Below, one piece after another: positions 45,092 to 55,009 of a stretch of DNA of 64,000 bases. Positions within the stretch are counted from its first letter, which is position 1, and the number at the start of each line of letters is the position of its first letter. Below the pieces are notes generated by a model that did no database searches, was not told where the DNA came from, and was given only the letters and a program-made list of their open reading frames with translations. A program made the position numbers and the translations under genes. The stretch covers positions 1,632,001 to 1,696,000 of the forward strand of contig JASGHG010000001.1 in NCBI GenBank assembly GCA_047602425.1, given 5' to 3'. The DNA is from Nibricoccus sp. GTDB lineage: Bacteria > Verrucomicrobiota > Verrucomicrobiia > Opitutales > Opitutaceae.

Positions 45092-46120
45092 TCAGGTGCC
45101 ACCGCGCAGGGCGGCCACCTGATACCGCAACACCGTTCCCAATCTTAATAAAGCGACGGCGGGTGGCTCCCCCGCGAACGGCGCAAGGGCGGATTCCCCT
45201 TGAGCCAACTCCTCCGACACGGCGCCCGCGACGACGTCGAAAATGCCGAGCTCCTTCATTTGTTTAATGCGCAGGCCCGGCTGGGCTGCCCGCTTTCCGG
45301 TGATCTCCGCAATCAGTTCCACACGCTCGGCCTCCGACAACCGGGCCAGCAACGCCTCCAAAGGCAACGTGATCTTGCCACTGGCCAGATCCGTGCCGAG
45401 CGTTTTGCCGATCTTTTTCTCATCGCCAAAAAAATCCGCCAGGTCGTCGTAGATTTGATATGCAATGCCGAGATGGCGGCCAAAGGTGCCGGCGGCCCCG
45501 ACGAAGGCCTCCGAACCTCCGCCATAGCGCGCTCCCAAATGACATGACACGCGGAAAAGCTCCGCCGTCTTCAGGTCGATGATGCGCTGGTAGTCGGCAT
45601 GCGAAATATTCGTCGAACCACGACGCAGCGTCTGCACGATTTCGCCGGCGCAGACGCGGCGCATCGAACGGGAAACTTCCTGGCAAACCTCGGTCGTCGG
45701 AAATCGCGTCGCCAGATTCAACGCGTGCGAAAAAAGCGCATCCCCGAGCAGGACCGCGGCCGTGGCGCCGTATTTGCTCGCCGCCGTGGGCCGGTTGCGG
45801 CGCACCTTCGCCTCATCCATGATGTCGTCGTGCACGAGCGACGCCAGATGCACCAATTCGATCACCGCCGCAATGCGCACGAGATCCGTCGAAATTTCGC
45901 CGTTTCTCCAACCACTCGTAAAGACTAAAGCCGGCCGGATGCGTTTGCCAGAGGTGTCGATGCAGTAGTCCGCCATTCCGCGAATTTCGGGCTCGAATTC
46001 AACCAACTGCGCCCGCAAATGCTCGTCGAGCGCCGCCATATGCGGTTTCAACACGGCAAACACCGCTGCGAAATCCTGCGGGGCAGCAGACGCGTTGAGG
46101 TTGTCGTTTTTGGCGGTCAT
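45092..46120 (-). CDS. Polyprenyl diphosphate synthase (IspB/HepT-like)
   Basis: GKRIRP, LVHDDIMD, RR, KTAELF, QIYDDLAD. Confidence 0.93.
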   Translation of the reverse strand: MTAKNDNLNASAAPQDFAAVFAVLKPHMAALDEHLRAQLVEFEPEIRGMADYCIDTSGKRIRPALVFTSGWRNGEISTDLVRIAAVIELVHLASLVHDDIMDEAKVRRNRPTAASKYGATAAVLLGDALFSHALNLATRFPTTEVCQEVSRSMRRVCAGEIVQTLRRGSTNISHADYQRIIDLKTAELFRVSCHLGARYGGGSEAFVGAAGTFGRHLGIAYQIYDDLADFFGDEKKIGKTLGTDLASGKITLPLEALLARLSEAERVELIAEITGKRAAQPGLRIKQMKELGIFDVVAGAVSEELAQGESALAPFAGEPPAVALLRLGTVLRYQVAALRGGT

Positions 46121-46224
46121 GCGATTCGGCGGGAACGTGGATGAGTTGCTCAGAAATGATCGATGTACAATGCCTTCGTCGATGCAAAATAAGCGCAGGC
46201 TTTCACCAACAGTCCGCGGGCCAC

Positions 46225-46256
46225 AAAAAAAGCCGCCTCGTTGAAAAGGCGGCTTT
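46225..46256 (-). terminator. Rho-independent terminator after rpsI
   Basis: AGCCGCCT/AGGCGGCT stem plus U-tract. Confidence 0.75.
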
Positions 46257-46279
46257 GAAAGTTCAAAAGGTCTCGGCGA

Positions 46280-46678
46280 TTAACGCTTCGAGAACTGGAA
46301 GCGCTTGCGGGCGCCGGGCTGGCCGGGCTTCTTGCGTTCTTTTTCGCGAGGATCGCGCTTGATGTGGCCGGCCTTCTTGAGGGCGGGACGAAGCTCGGCG
46401 TTGAGCTTCTGCAGCGCACGGGCGATGCCGTGGGCGACTGCGCCGGCTTGACCGGCAACGCCACCACCAGCGACATTCGCGATCACGTCGATCTTGTCGC
46501 GCATCTCAACCGTGAGAAGGGGCGCATAGGCCTGCTTCGCAAAGTTCTCGTGCGAGAAATAATTTTCGAAATCACGCTCGTTGACGACGAGCTTGCCCGA
46601 GCCTTCGACGATGCGAACGCGGGCGGTGGAGGACTTGCGGCGGCCGGTGGCCAGGAAGATAGCTTTGTCAGCGCTCAT
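46280..46678 (-). CDS. rpsI: 30S ribosomal protein S9
   Basis: [12 protein letters not shown]...[10 protein letters not shown]...ERKKPG...QFSKR. Confidence 0.97.
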   Translation of the reverse strand: MSADKAIFLATGRRKSSTARVRIVEGSGKLVVNERDFENYFSHENFAKQAYAPLLTVEMRDKIDVIANVAGGGVAGQAGAVAHGIARALQKLNAELRPALKKAGHIKRDPREKERKKPGQPGARKRFQFSKR

Positions 46679-46688
46679 GGGTGGCTAA

Positions 46689-47117
46689 TCAGAGGGAGAT
46701 TTTGACGGGGTTCTGAGCCTCGTGCGTGTGCGCCGGGCCTTTGAAGACGCGGAGCTTGGTTAGCATTTTGGCCGCGATGCGATTCTTCGGGAGCATGCCT
46801 TTTACGGCGTGCTTGATGATAAATTCGGGATTGCGCTCGCGTTGAAGCTTGAGCGAACGGTAGCTCTCGCCGCCGACGAAGCCGGAGAAGAACATGTATT
46901 CGTTCTGCTCTTCTTTTTTGCCGGTGAGGACGACTTTCTCGGCGTTGATGACCACGACAAAGTCACCGGTGTCGACGCTCGGGGTGTAGGAAGCTTTGTT
47001 GCGGCCGCGAATGATGTTGGCGGCTTTAACCGCGAGACGACCGAGCACCGCACCCTCGGCATCGATAAGATACCACTTGGGTTGGACCGTCTCTTTTTGG
47101 GCGAGGAACGTTTTCAT
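46689..47117 (-). CDS. rplM: 50S ribosomal protein L13
   Basis: WYLIDAEG.VLGRLA...YTPSVDTGDFVVVINAEK...AVKGMLPKN...HEAQNP. Confidence 0.97.
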   Translation of the reverse strand: MKTFLAQKETVQPKWYLIDAEGAVLGRLAVKAANIIRGRNKASYTPSVDTGDFVVVINAEKVVLTGKKEEQNEYMFFSGFVGGESYRSLKLQRERNPEFIIKHAVKGMLPKNRIAAKMLTKLRVFKGPAHTHEAQNPVKISL

Positions 47118-47195
47118 GAAAGGAAAAGGGGTCAACAGCTAGGGTATTAAAAAGACCTGTCAACACGCATTTGTTAGGAATCTTAAATCACTGGG

Positions 47196-47228
47196 AAAAG
47201 AAAACCCGCCCCGAGGCTCGGGGCGGGT
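47196..47228 (-). terminator. Rho-independent terminator
   Basis: ACCCGCCCCGAG/CTCGGGGCGGGT stem plus U-tract. Confidence 0.8.
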
Positions 47229-47256
47229 CGAAAATGAAGCTTTTAAACAGACTGGC

Positions 47257-48018
47257 TTAGAAACCGATGGTCACGCCGGCGGTGACGGCAGCGTTCTGAT
47301 GAGGACGGAAGTCCTTAAAGAACTTGTCGTTCTGGGTCAGGCTGGCGCCGACATGCACGTTGGCGTTTTCAGCGAGCTTGTAAGGAATGTTCACGCCGAT
47401 GCCGTAGTAGTTCCACGACTCACGGGTGTCATTCGGGCTGACGATGTCAGGCGTCATGTTGTGCGCGCCAACGACACCAGCAAAAACGCTGAAGTCGATC
47501 GAGGTGCCGATGCTGGTGAGAGCGAGGCTATAACCAAGCGAAGCCTGCACGGTCTGGGCCTTGAGGCGGAAGTCGTAGTAGTAGTAGAGGCTCGTGGAAG
47601 CGCCCTTGAAAGCGGGGCTGAGGCCTTCGAGATTGAAGATACCGCCGACACCGATTTCGTAGCTGTGGTGCGTGATGCCGCCCGTGGCTTCCGGATAGTA
47701 GTAATACGTGCCGATGAAATCAGCCGTCAGGTCACGCGTGAGCTTGAGCTTATAACCAGCGTAGAAATCGATTTCGTTGAGATCTTCGCCCTTGGAATTC
47801 AGAGGCTGGCTGGTCCAAACGCCGAGACGGAAGTCGTCCTGACCAACTTCGACGGAGCCTTGGAAGGCAGCGTTCGAGTTTTTGATGCCACGGAAAACAT
47901 ATTCCGAGGTGTACGAGAAGTCAGTCGTAACGGAGTACGAAGGCTTCGCGGTCACTCCTTGGCCGTAGGAAACGCCAGCGGCCATCAAGGCGGCAATGAT
48001 AAGTGCGGTTTTTTTCAT
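47257..48018 (-). CDS. TorF/TIGR02001-like outer-membrane beta-barrel protein
   Basis: Signal peptide, SEYVFRGI, EIDFYAGY, YYYYP, C-terminal Phe. Confidence 0.82.
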   Translation of the reverse strand: MKKTALIIAALMAAGVSYGQGVTAKPSYSVTTDFSYTSEYVFRGIKNSNAAFQGSVEVGQDDFRLGVWTSQPLNSKGEDLNEIDFYAGYKLKLTRDLTADFIGTYYYYPEATGGITHHSYEIGVGGIFNLEGLSPAFKGASTSLYYYYDFRLKAQTVQASLGYSLALTSIGTSIDFSVFAGVVGAHNMTPDIVSPNDTRESWNYYGIGVNIPYKLAENANVHVGASLTQNDKFFKDFRPHQNAAVTAGVTIGF

Positions 48019-48173
48019 AACGTAGTCTGTAGTGTGTGTTAGCGCCGCGTGAGCGGCTGTTCGACGAAAAGGATAAGTTTGTAAAAAAGACAAGAATTAA
48101 CTTGCTTAACCTTTTCGCAGGCTACCGAGACAGAAGATTGGCACGCTCGTTCCCAAAAAACATAAAAACCGTC

Positions 48174-48569
48174 ATGTCGCATCGTTTCATCGGAGGCTTA
48201 ATCGCCTCGCTCGGAGCCACCGGCGTCGGCCTCGGCGCCTTCGGAGCCCATGCCCTCAAGGCCCAACTGGTCGCCGCCGGCCAACTCGACAACTGGCGCA
48301 CCGCTGTATCCTATCAGATGATACATGTGGTCGCGGCCCTGACGCTGTGGGCTCTCCCGCAAGCAGATAGCCGGGTTCCGCGCCCTGGATTGCTGCGCGC
48401 CGCCGTCTTCTGCTGGCTGGCCGGTTTAATTCTATTCTCTGGTTCGATCTACGGACTTTGTTTGGATGGTCCGCGCTGGTTGGGCCCGGTGACTCCGCTC
48501 GGAGGCGTGGCGTTGATCGCGGGCTGGTTGTGCGTGCTGGCGGCTTGTGTTTCAAAAAAGAAAGCCTGA
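48174..48569 (+). CDS. DUF423 (YgdD/TMEM256) membrane protein
   Basis: GAFGAHAL, TAVSYQMIH, LFSGSIY, LGPVTPLGG. Confidence 0.92.
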   Translation: MSHRFIGGLIASLGATGVGLGAFGAHALKAQLVAAGQLDNWRTAVSYQMIHVVAALTLWALPQADSRVPRPGLLRAAVFCWLAGLILFSGSIYGLCLDGPRWLGPVTPLGGVALIAGWLCVLAACVSKKKA

Positions 48570-49969
48570 TGCCCGCGCCGATGGAACTCCCCTCCCCGCT
48601 CATCGCGGTGCTGCAGGCGGTCCGCACCGTCGGCCGGCCACGCGTCGTCGGAGGCTGCGTACGCGACTGGTTGCTCGGGCTGGGAGCAAAGGACTTCGAC
48701 GTCGAAGTCCCAGGCGTGAATTTCGAGATGCTGCACCGTGTGCTGGCGCCTTTTGGGGCGACCGATGTGGTTGGGCGCAGCTTCGGCGTGATCAAGCTGC
48801 GCATGAATGGTGTCGAATATGATTTCAGCCTGCCTCGGCGCGAATCGAAAACGGGCGCGGGACATCGCGGTTTCGCTGTCGCACCCGAACCAAACCTTAG
48901 CGATAGCGAAGCGGCGGCTCGGCGCGATTTCACCGTCAACGCCATCGCCTGGGATCCCTTCACCGGTGCGTTGATCGATCCGCACGGCGGCGAGCGCGAT
49001 CTGCGCAATCGCGTTTTGCGGCATACGAGCAGCGCCTTCGTCGAGGATCCGCTCCGCGTGTTGCGGGGCTTTCAACTTGCCGCGCGTTTCGATTTTTCCC
49101 TCGCGCCCGAAACCGCCACGCTCTGCCGTTCGATCAAGGCTAGTTATGCCGAGTTGCCCGTGGAACGCGTTTGGGGCGAATGGGCGAAGTGGGCCGAAAA
49201 AGCGCAAAAGCCGTCACGTGGCCTTGCCGTGCTGAAAGAGACCGAATGGCTCGCGCATTTTCCCGAACTCGCCGCGCTCGATGGTACGCCGCAGGACCCA
49301 GAATGGCATCCGGAAGGAGATGCATTTGTGCACACAGGCCATTGTTGCGATGCACTGGTTCGGCTTGAGGATTGGCGAACCGCGCCAACGGAGACGCGCC
49401 GTACCCTGTCGCTGGCTGTGCTCGCACACGATTTCGGGAAACCCTCGACGACGGCGCATGCGGAAAAACGCGGCAAGATGCGCTGGGTAAGTCCCGGCCA
49501 CGAAGCCGCAGGCGGTCCGGTGGCCGAGACGTTCCTGCGAAGGATCGGCGCGCCCAACGACACGATCGAGCGCGTGCGTCCGCTCGTGGTCAACCACATG
49601 GTTCAGCACGGAAGCAGCGACCCACTTTCCGACACTGCCGTCCGCCGGCTGGCCCGGCGCCTTTCACCCTCGTCCATCGCCGAGCTTTGCCTTGTCATGC
49701 GCGCCGATCACGACGGAAGGCCGCCGATCCATTCGCCAGAGACATTGCGCCGCATCGACAGTCTGCGCCGTCAGGCGGAGAATCTGGCGCTCGCCGCGAA
49801 CGCGCCGCGTCCCCTCGTGCAAGGCCGGCACCTGATCGAATTGGGGCTGAAACCCAGCCCAAAATTCAAAGCCATTCTCGATGAAGCGTTTGAAGCCCAG
49901 CTTGATGGTGCCTATATCGACGAAGCTGGCGGCATGAAATGGGTTCATAGTCGGTTGCGAATCGAGTAG
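48569..49969 (+). CDS. cca: Class II tRNA nucleotidyltransferase (CCA-adding/poly(A) polymerase family) with HD domain
   Basis: [49 protein letters not shown]. Confidence 0.88.
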   Translation: MPAPMELPSPLIAVLQAVRTVGRPRVVGGCVRDWLLGLGAKDFDVEVPGVNFEMLHRVLAPFGATDVVGRSFGVIKLRMNGVEYDFSLPRRESKTGAGHRGFAVAPEPNLSDSEAAARRDFTVNAIAWDPFTGALIDPHGGERDLRNRVLRHTSSAFVEDPLRVLRGFQLAARFDFSLAPETATLCRSIKASYAELPVERVWGEWAKWAEKAQKPSRGLAVLKETEWLAHFPELAALDGTPQDPEWHPEGDAFVHTGHCCDALVRLEDWRTAPTETRRTLSLAVLAHDFGKPSTTAHAEKRGKMRWVSPGHEAAGGPVAETFLRRIGAPNDTIERVRPLVVNHMVQHGSSDPLSDTAVRRLARRLSPSSIAELCLVMRADHDGRPPIHSPETLRRIDSLRRQAENLALAANAPRPLVQGRHLIELGLKPSPKFKAILDEAFEAQLDGAYIDEAGGMKWVHSRLRIE

Positions 49970-50015
49970 ATCGCTTTATCATCAGCAGCTTTCCGATTCA
50001 CACCACAACCACTCC

Positions 50016-50972
50016 ATGTCCTCCGCGCCTCTTAACCAGCTCGATCAACTAAAACGCTTCACCAAAGTCGTAGCCGACACTGGCGACTTCGTGAGCATGA
50101 AGGAATTTGCGCCGCTCGACGCGACCACGAACCCTTCGCTAATTCTCAAGGCGGCCGCAATGCCCGCGTATGCGCCGCTCGTCGATCAGGCGATTCGCGA
50201 CGCCGGCAACTCCGCCACAACTGCACAGGTGATCGATCGCCTGCTCGTTGTATTCGGTTTGGAAATACTGAAAATCGTTCCCGGCCGCGTATCCTCCGAA
50301 GTGGACGCCCGTCTTTCGTTCGACCGCGACGGCACGATCGCCAAGGCCCATGAGATCATTGCGCTCTACGAAAAAGCCGGCATCGCCCGCGAACGCATCC
50401 TGATCAAAATCGCCTCGACATGGGAAGGCATCAAGGCGGCCGAACAACTCCAGAAAGAAGGCATCAATTGCAATCTGACCCTTCTCTTCTCGTTCGCCCA
50501 AGCCGTCGCCTGCGCCGAGGGGGGCATCAAGTTGATCTCGCCCTTCGTCGGTCGCATCCTCGACTGGCACAAGAAAAATTCGGGCAAAGATTTCGTCGGC
50601 GCCGACGACCCGGGCGTGAAATCCGTCACGCAGATATTTACCTATTATAAAAAGTTCGGCTACAAAACCGAGGTCATGGGCGCGAGCTTCCGCAACAAGG
50701 GCGAAATTCTCGAACTCGCCGGCTGCGACCTGCTCACGATCGCCCCGCCGCTCCTCGCCGAACTCAAGGCCTCGACTGAAACCGTCGCCTGCAAACTCAG
50801 CGCCGATGCCGCGAAATCCGCTGACGTGAAAAAAGTTTCCTTCGATGAAAAAGCCTTCCGCTTCGCATTGAATGAAGATGCGATGGCCACGGAAAAAACC
50901 GCCGAGGGCATTCGCCTCTTCTCCGCCGACATCGTGAAACTCGAACAGCTCATCGCGCAGAAACGCGGTTGA
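50016..50972 (+). CDS. tal: Transaldolase
   Basis: [43 protein letters not shown]. Confidence 0.97.
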   Translation: MSSAPLNQLDQLKRFTKVVADTGDFVSMKEFAPLDATTNPSLILKAAAMPAYAPLVDQAIRDAGNSATTAQVIDRLLVVFGLEILKIVPGRVSSEVDARLSFDRDGTIAKAHEIIALYEKAGIARERILIKIASTWEGIKAAEQLQKEGINCNLTLLFSFAQAVACAEGGIKLISPFVGRILDWHKKNSGKDFVGADDPGVKSVTQIFTYYKKFGYKTEVMGASFRNKGEILELAGCDLLTIAPPLLAELKASTETVACKLSADAAKSADVKKVSFDEKAFRFALNEDAMATEKTAEGIRLFSADIVKLEQLIAQKRG

Positions 50973-50988
50973 GCTGGATTTTATTCGG

Positions 50989-51675
50989 TCAACGACTGGC
51001 AAGCAGGCCGTCGAGTTCGGACAACAGCATGGCGCGGTCGCCCGACGAAAGGTCGCGCGACTGCTGGAGCACCTCGCGAATGCGCGCCGGGTCACGCTGT
51101 ATCCAATTTTGCACGACAGAACGCTGCGCACCGATCCGAAGCGCGGGATCGGTGATTTCCGTAGCGAGGCTGAGCGCGGCGTCGGGCATTTTGGCGACAA
51201 AGACCGGATGCCGGGCAAGTGCGCTCAGCCCCAGGTCGAACTCGCGGGCCGGAGGCCGGGCGCCCAACCACTCCCCGACCGACGCAGGATCACGATCAGC
51301 CCAAAGCGGCAGCGCTTCGAGCAGCATGCGTTCGCGCAGCGCGGAAACGGGCTCGCGCAACGCCGCATCGGCGACGGCGGCCGGATCGGCCTCGGCCAAC
51401 TCACGGATTTGCACGACAATCTCGTCGCTCAACTCCGATTGGGCTACGAACGATTTTGTGGGATTCTCCACGGGCGCAATAGTTTGATTTTCCGAGGTGA
51501 GGCGCGTTGACCCCAATGCGCTGGTTCGGCCTGCAATGCTGCAAAGCGCGTTGGGATCAATGCGCTCCGCCTCGTGGGGCTTTTTCTCCCTGCGTAGCAG
51601 GCAGTCGGTCGCGACGATGCCCGCCGTCACAAGGACGGCGAGCAAAGGCAGGCGAAGCTGAGGACGCAGACGCAT
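50989..51675 (-). CDS. Hypothetical membrane-anchored helical protein
   Basis: N-terminal TM; recurring ADPAA / WADRDPAS / WIQRDPA motifs. Confidence 0.6.
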   Translation of the reverse strand: MRLRPQLRLPLLAVLVTAGIVATDCLLRREKKPHEAERIDPNALCSIAGRTSALGSTRLTSENQTIAPVENPTKSFVAQSELSDEIVVQIRELAEADPAAVADAALREPVSALRERMLLEALPLWADRDPASVGEWLGARPPAREFDLGLSALARHPVFVAKMPDAALSLATEITDPALRIGAQRSVVQNWIQRDPARIREVLQQSRDLSSGDRAMLLSELDGLLASR

Positions 51676-51695
51676 TCGTGCGCGGTTTCCAGGAA

Positions 51696-52808
51696 TTATT
51701 TGAAGATGCTGACCTGGGACGCGAGGGCTTTGCCCGAAAAGTCGAACAGCGCCTGATTTTCCCAGTTATTTCCCGATGACGAGTTGGTGTTGTCCCAACC
51801 ATTTCCAGTCACAGGAGTCCAAGTGGCATCCCAATAGAGGAAGCCGGCGCCGCGGTTGTTGGGCACAGCGTTGAGGACGGATTTAATTGCGTTAATCATG
51901 CTGGTCTGGCCGGTGACAGTGGCTGGGTAACCGCTAACGAGTTGGGACGAAAGCCCGATGTTATTCGCCATGCTGTCGCCCGCAGCGAGCGTCCAGGGAT
52001 AGGCGCATTCGGCGACGAGAACCGGTTTGCCGTAACGGCTCGCGGCATTGTTGAGGGCGGACTGCAAACCGCTGAGCGAACCATGCCAATAGGGATAATA
52101 AGAAACCGCAGTGTAGTCCCACCAAATGCCCTGCGCTTTCACACCGTCGAACCACCATTTGATGAGCTCCCAGTCGCCGCCTTTGGCGATATGAAGAACG
52201 ATTTTGGTGTTGGCGTAGGCCGCCCAGGCGCCGTTGCTGCCGGAGCGCAAGAGCTGGGCAAGGTTGGCAAAACTATTGCCATTGGTGGAAATGCGTCCGG
52301 TGGACCAGAGCATGCCGTCGTTGATTTCGTTGCCAATCTGCACGTAGGCAGCGGGTGTGCCCTGATCGACGAGCGCCTTGCAGATCTCGTAAGTGTGGTT
52401 GTAGACGGCGGTGTTGAGCTGGCTGAGTGTGTAACTGGTCCAGGCGGTTGGTTTGTTCTGTTTGCCCGGATCGGTCCACGTGTAGGAGTAGTGGAAATCG
52501 ACCAAGATCTCCTGACCCAGCGCCTTGGCACGCTTGGCGATTTGGAGTAGTTGCGTTTTGCCATGATAGCCGTCAGGCGAACCGATCCAGACGCGAATGC
52601 GAACGGTGTTGCAGCCGGCGTCGCGAAGGATTTTGAGGGCGTCAGCCTGGGCGCCGGACGAGTAGTAGTATTTGCCGCCTTTATCCTCACTCTTGCGAAG
52701 GGAGGAACAATCGGCGCCTTTGATCCAGATCGTGGCGGAGGCGGAAACGGCGGAAGCGAGCGCAATGAGAGACGCGGCAAGCAACCGCGGGAGTATGCGG
52801 ATTTTCAT
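51696..52808 (-). CDS. Secreted GH53 arabinogalactan endo-beta-1,4-galactanase
   Basis: KGADCS, VRIRVW, DFHYS..WTDPGKQ, VQIGNEI, SYYPYWHG, VAECAYP, WENQALFD. Confidence 0.94.
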   Translation of the reverse strand: MKIRILPRLLAASLIALASAVSASATIWIKGADCSSLRKSEDKGGKYYYSSGAQADALKILRDAGCNTVRIRVWIGSPDGYHGKTQLLQIAKRAKALGQEILVDFHYSYTWTDPGKQNKPTAWTSYTLSQLNTAVYNHTYEICKALVDQGTPAAYVQIGNEINDGMLWSTGRISTNGNSFANLAQLLRSGSNGAWAAYANTKIVLHIAKGGDWELIKWWFDGVKAQGIWWDYTAVSYYPYWHGSLSGLQSALNNAASRYGKPVLVAECAYPWTLAAGDSMANNIGLSSQLVSGYPATVTGQTSMINAIKSVLNAVPNNRGAGFLYWDATWTPVTGNGWDNTNSSSGNNWENQALFDFSGKALASQVSIFK

Positions 52809-52948
52809 GTGCGGGTGGGGTTGGGGTTTGAGACCGGCCGGAAAGACTGTATCCAGTATTTCACGACAGAGGGGTATGAACAAAAACTAACAGGGGTATG
52901 GGCGAACAGATCGGCGCACTTTCCAGGTTAGTCAACTGTTTTAGTAAT

Positions 52949-52965
52949 AATAAAACTGTTTTATT
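52949..52965. promoter_or_regulatory. Perfect palindrome, candidate LacI-type operator between the divergent GH53 and GH20-like genes
   Basis: AATAAAAC-T-GTTTTATT; second AACTGTTTTA copy 20 bp upstream (52934-52943). Confidence 0.5.
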
Positions 52966-53064
52966 TTAATGGGGAAATTTTTCCTCCTTGAGCGTCGTCC
53001 TATCACCGCCTGAGACGGCACTTTGCGCTTTCCTGCGAAGCAAATGAGGCTTCTTGTTTTATCC

Positions 53065-54954
53065 ATGATTCGCGCTTTTCAATGGGACCTCGCAAGGCAG
53101 GTTGAGCGACTCGATGTGTTGCTCCGCCTGCTTCCGTTCTATGCGGAGTGGGGTTACGATGAGCTGTATTTGCACCTCGAAGACGCCGTCGAATACCCGA
53201 GCCTGCCGAAAGTGGCGAGAAAAGATGCGTATTCAACGCGGCAAATGACCGAACTGGTTAAAACCGCCACACAGGTCGGCATCAAGGTCGTGCCGATCGT
53301 CAATCTGCTCGGCCACACGCAATATCTCATCAAGACCGAGTCACTGCGCGATCTGAATGAATTGCGGGCGGAAGATGGTTCGCCCCTGGAGCGCGGACAA
53401 ATTTGTCCACTGCACCCCGGCACAATCAAGGTGGCGGACAAACTCCTGCGCGACATGGCGCCTTTTTGCACGGCGGGCAAGGTGCACGTCGGCCTCGACG
53501 AGTCGTTTCACCTCGGGAAATGCCCCCGCTGCCGCGCGGAAATCGCCGAACGTGGACTGGCCGCGCACTTCGCCGGTCACGTCGACCGAATGCATACGCT
53601 CGTGAGTTCGTTGGGACTGCGCATGGGAATTTGGGCGGACATGCTGAACTTCGTGCCAGAGGCAATTCCCCTGCTGCCGCGCGATCTTATCGCCTACGAC
53701 TGGTATTATTATCCTTTCAAGCGACACCCGCGTGTGGAGTTGTTCAATTTCGCCGAAAGCGATCTCGCGACGCCACTTCGCGGCCATGGCATCGAGTATT
53801 GGGGCTGCCCGATGAACGGCGCGTTCCGCTACGAACCGTTGCCGGTTTTCGGCGACCGGCTGGAAAACCTGCGTTCGTGGTGGCGGCGTTGCAAAGAAAC
53901 CGAGGCGGGCGGTTTGCTCGTGACGTCGTGGGAAGCGTATCGCCTCGCGCTTGAAATGACCACGGTGGTCGACGCAGCTGCGGCTTCGCTCTGGCTCGAC
54001 GGCGGCGCACCCGCGGACAATGCGGATTGGCTGGAACGGGGATTTGCGAGGGTTTTTGGAAAAAGCGGTGCGAAGACCTCGGCGCGCGCGGCCCTGGCGT
54101 GCGATAAGTATCCATTTTCCGGTTATGCACGCTGGGAAATCAATGACCGCTGGAATGGCGCTGTCTACAACCGGGATAGCGGGGTAAAATTGTTCGGAAA
54201 ACTCGCCAACAGGGAACTTCCGAAACCGCTCGCCGCGAGCGTGGCGTTTCGCGGCTATCTGGCGCAGCGGGAAGCATTCGTCGCGCGTTGCGTGGGCGCT
54301 GTTTCTTGGCTGAGGCGGAATGCCGTGCGCACGGCGTTCGTTCCGCGCCTACGGCAACTTGAGGCGGAGGCAAAATCGTTTTCGAAAGTCATCGCTGCGG
54401 GCCGCAACGCAGCCCGTGCAATGTGGGAGCTCACGCGAGATCGCCGCGCTCGCGGCCAAAACGAAGCGATCGTCGACGCAGATGCCGCCCGGCTTAAAGC
54501 GTGGACGAGTTGGCTGCGCGCGCTCCGGCGTGATCACACAAAAGCCTTCGTCGCCTCGCCTGTTTTTGGTGCATGGCAACTGATTTTCACCGTGCACAAT
54601 TTTGCCCCTGCGTTGCAGCGAGTGGTTGTTTCCCAACAAGAGTCAGACGGCTCTTGGCGGGAACTTGCAGCCCGGCATACGATCGAGTTTCAGGCCGAGG
54701 CCGCGCAATCGCGCACCGATTTTCGACGACCCTTCTCGGCACCAATCGATTCAGAAAAGGCAGTATTGAGAATCTCCATACATGGGCTCGGCCAAGTCGC
54801 AATCGAGGGCATAGTGCTGACAGATGGCGTGACAACATTGCGGCCGAAAGGCGTGAAACAACGCCTAATCCTCGGAAAACGCGCTCCTCGCGCCGGCTTC
54901 CCGGATATCGCAGCGGAGCCGGGCGAAGAATCGATCCTGGTGCTAAACTTCTGA
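53065..54954 (+). CDS. GH20-like glycoside hydrolase, no signal peptide
   Basis: DLARQ, YLHLED, VPIVNLLGH, HVGLDE (GH20 HxGxDE), IWADM, WYY. Confidence 0.72.
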   Translation: MIRAFQWDLARQVERLDVLLRLLPFYAEWGYDELYLHLEDAVEYPSLPKVARKDAYSTRQMTELVKTATQVGIKVVPIVNLLGHTQYLIKTESLRDLNELRAEDGSPLERGQICPLHPGTIKVADKLLRDMAPFCTAGKVHVGLDESFHLGKCPRCRAEIAERGLAAHFAGHVDRMHTLVSSLGLRMGIWADMLNFVPEAIPLLPRDLIAYDWYYYPFKRHPRVELFNFAESDLATPLRGHGIEYWGCPMNGAFRYEPLPVFGDRLENLRSWWRRCKETEAGGLLVTSWEAYRLALEMTTVVDAAAASLWLDGGAPADNADWLERGFARVFGKSGAKTSARAALACDKYPFSGYARWEINDRWNGAVYNRDSGVKLFGKLANRELPKPLAASVAFRGYLAQREAFVARCVGAVSWLRRNAVRTAFVPRLRQLEAEAKSFSKVIAAGRNAARAMWELTRDRRARGQNEAIVDADAARLKAWTSWLRALRRDHTKAFVASPVFGAWQLIFTVHNFAPALQRVVVSQQESDGSWRELAARHTIEFQAEAAQSRTDFRRPFSAPIDSEKAVLRISIHGLGQVAIEGIVLTDGVTTLRPKGVKQRLILGKRAPRAGFPDIAAEPGEESILVLNF

Positions 54955-54961
54955 CGTAAAC

Positions 54962-54988
54962 AAAAAAGGCGCCGATCACGCGGCGCCT
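54962..54988 (-). terminator. Terminator between convergent genes
   Basis: AGGCGCCG/CGGCGCCT stem, U-tract on the minus strand. Confidence 0.6.
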
Positions 54989-55009
54989 CGAATCGAGCGT
55001 CGGAGCGTT

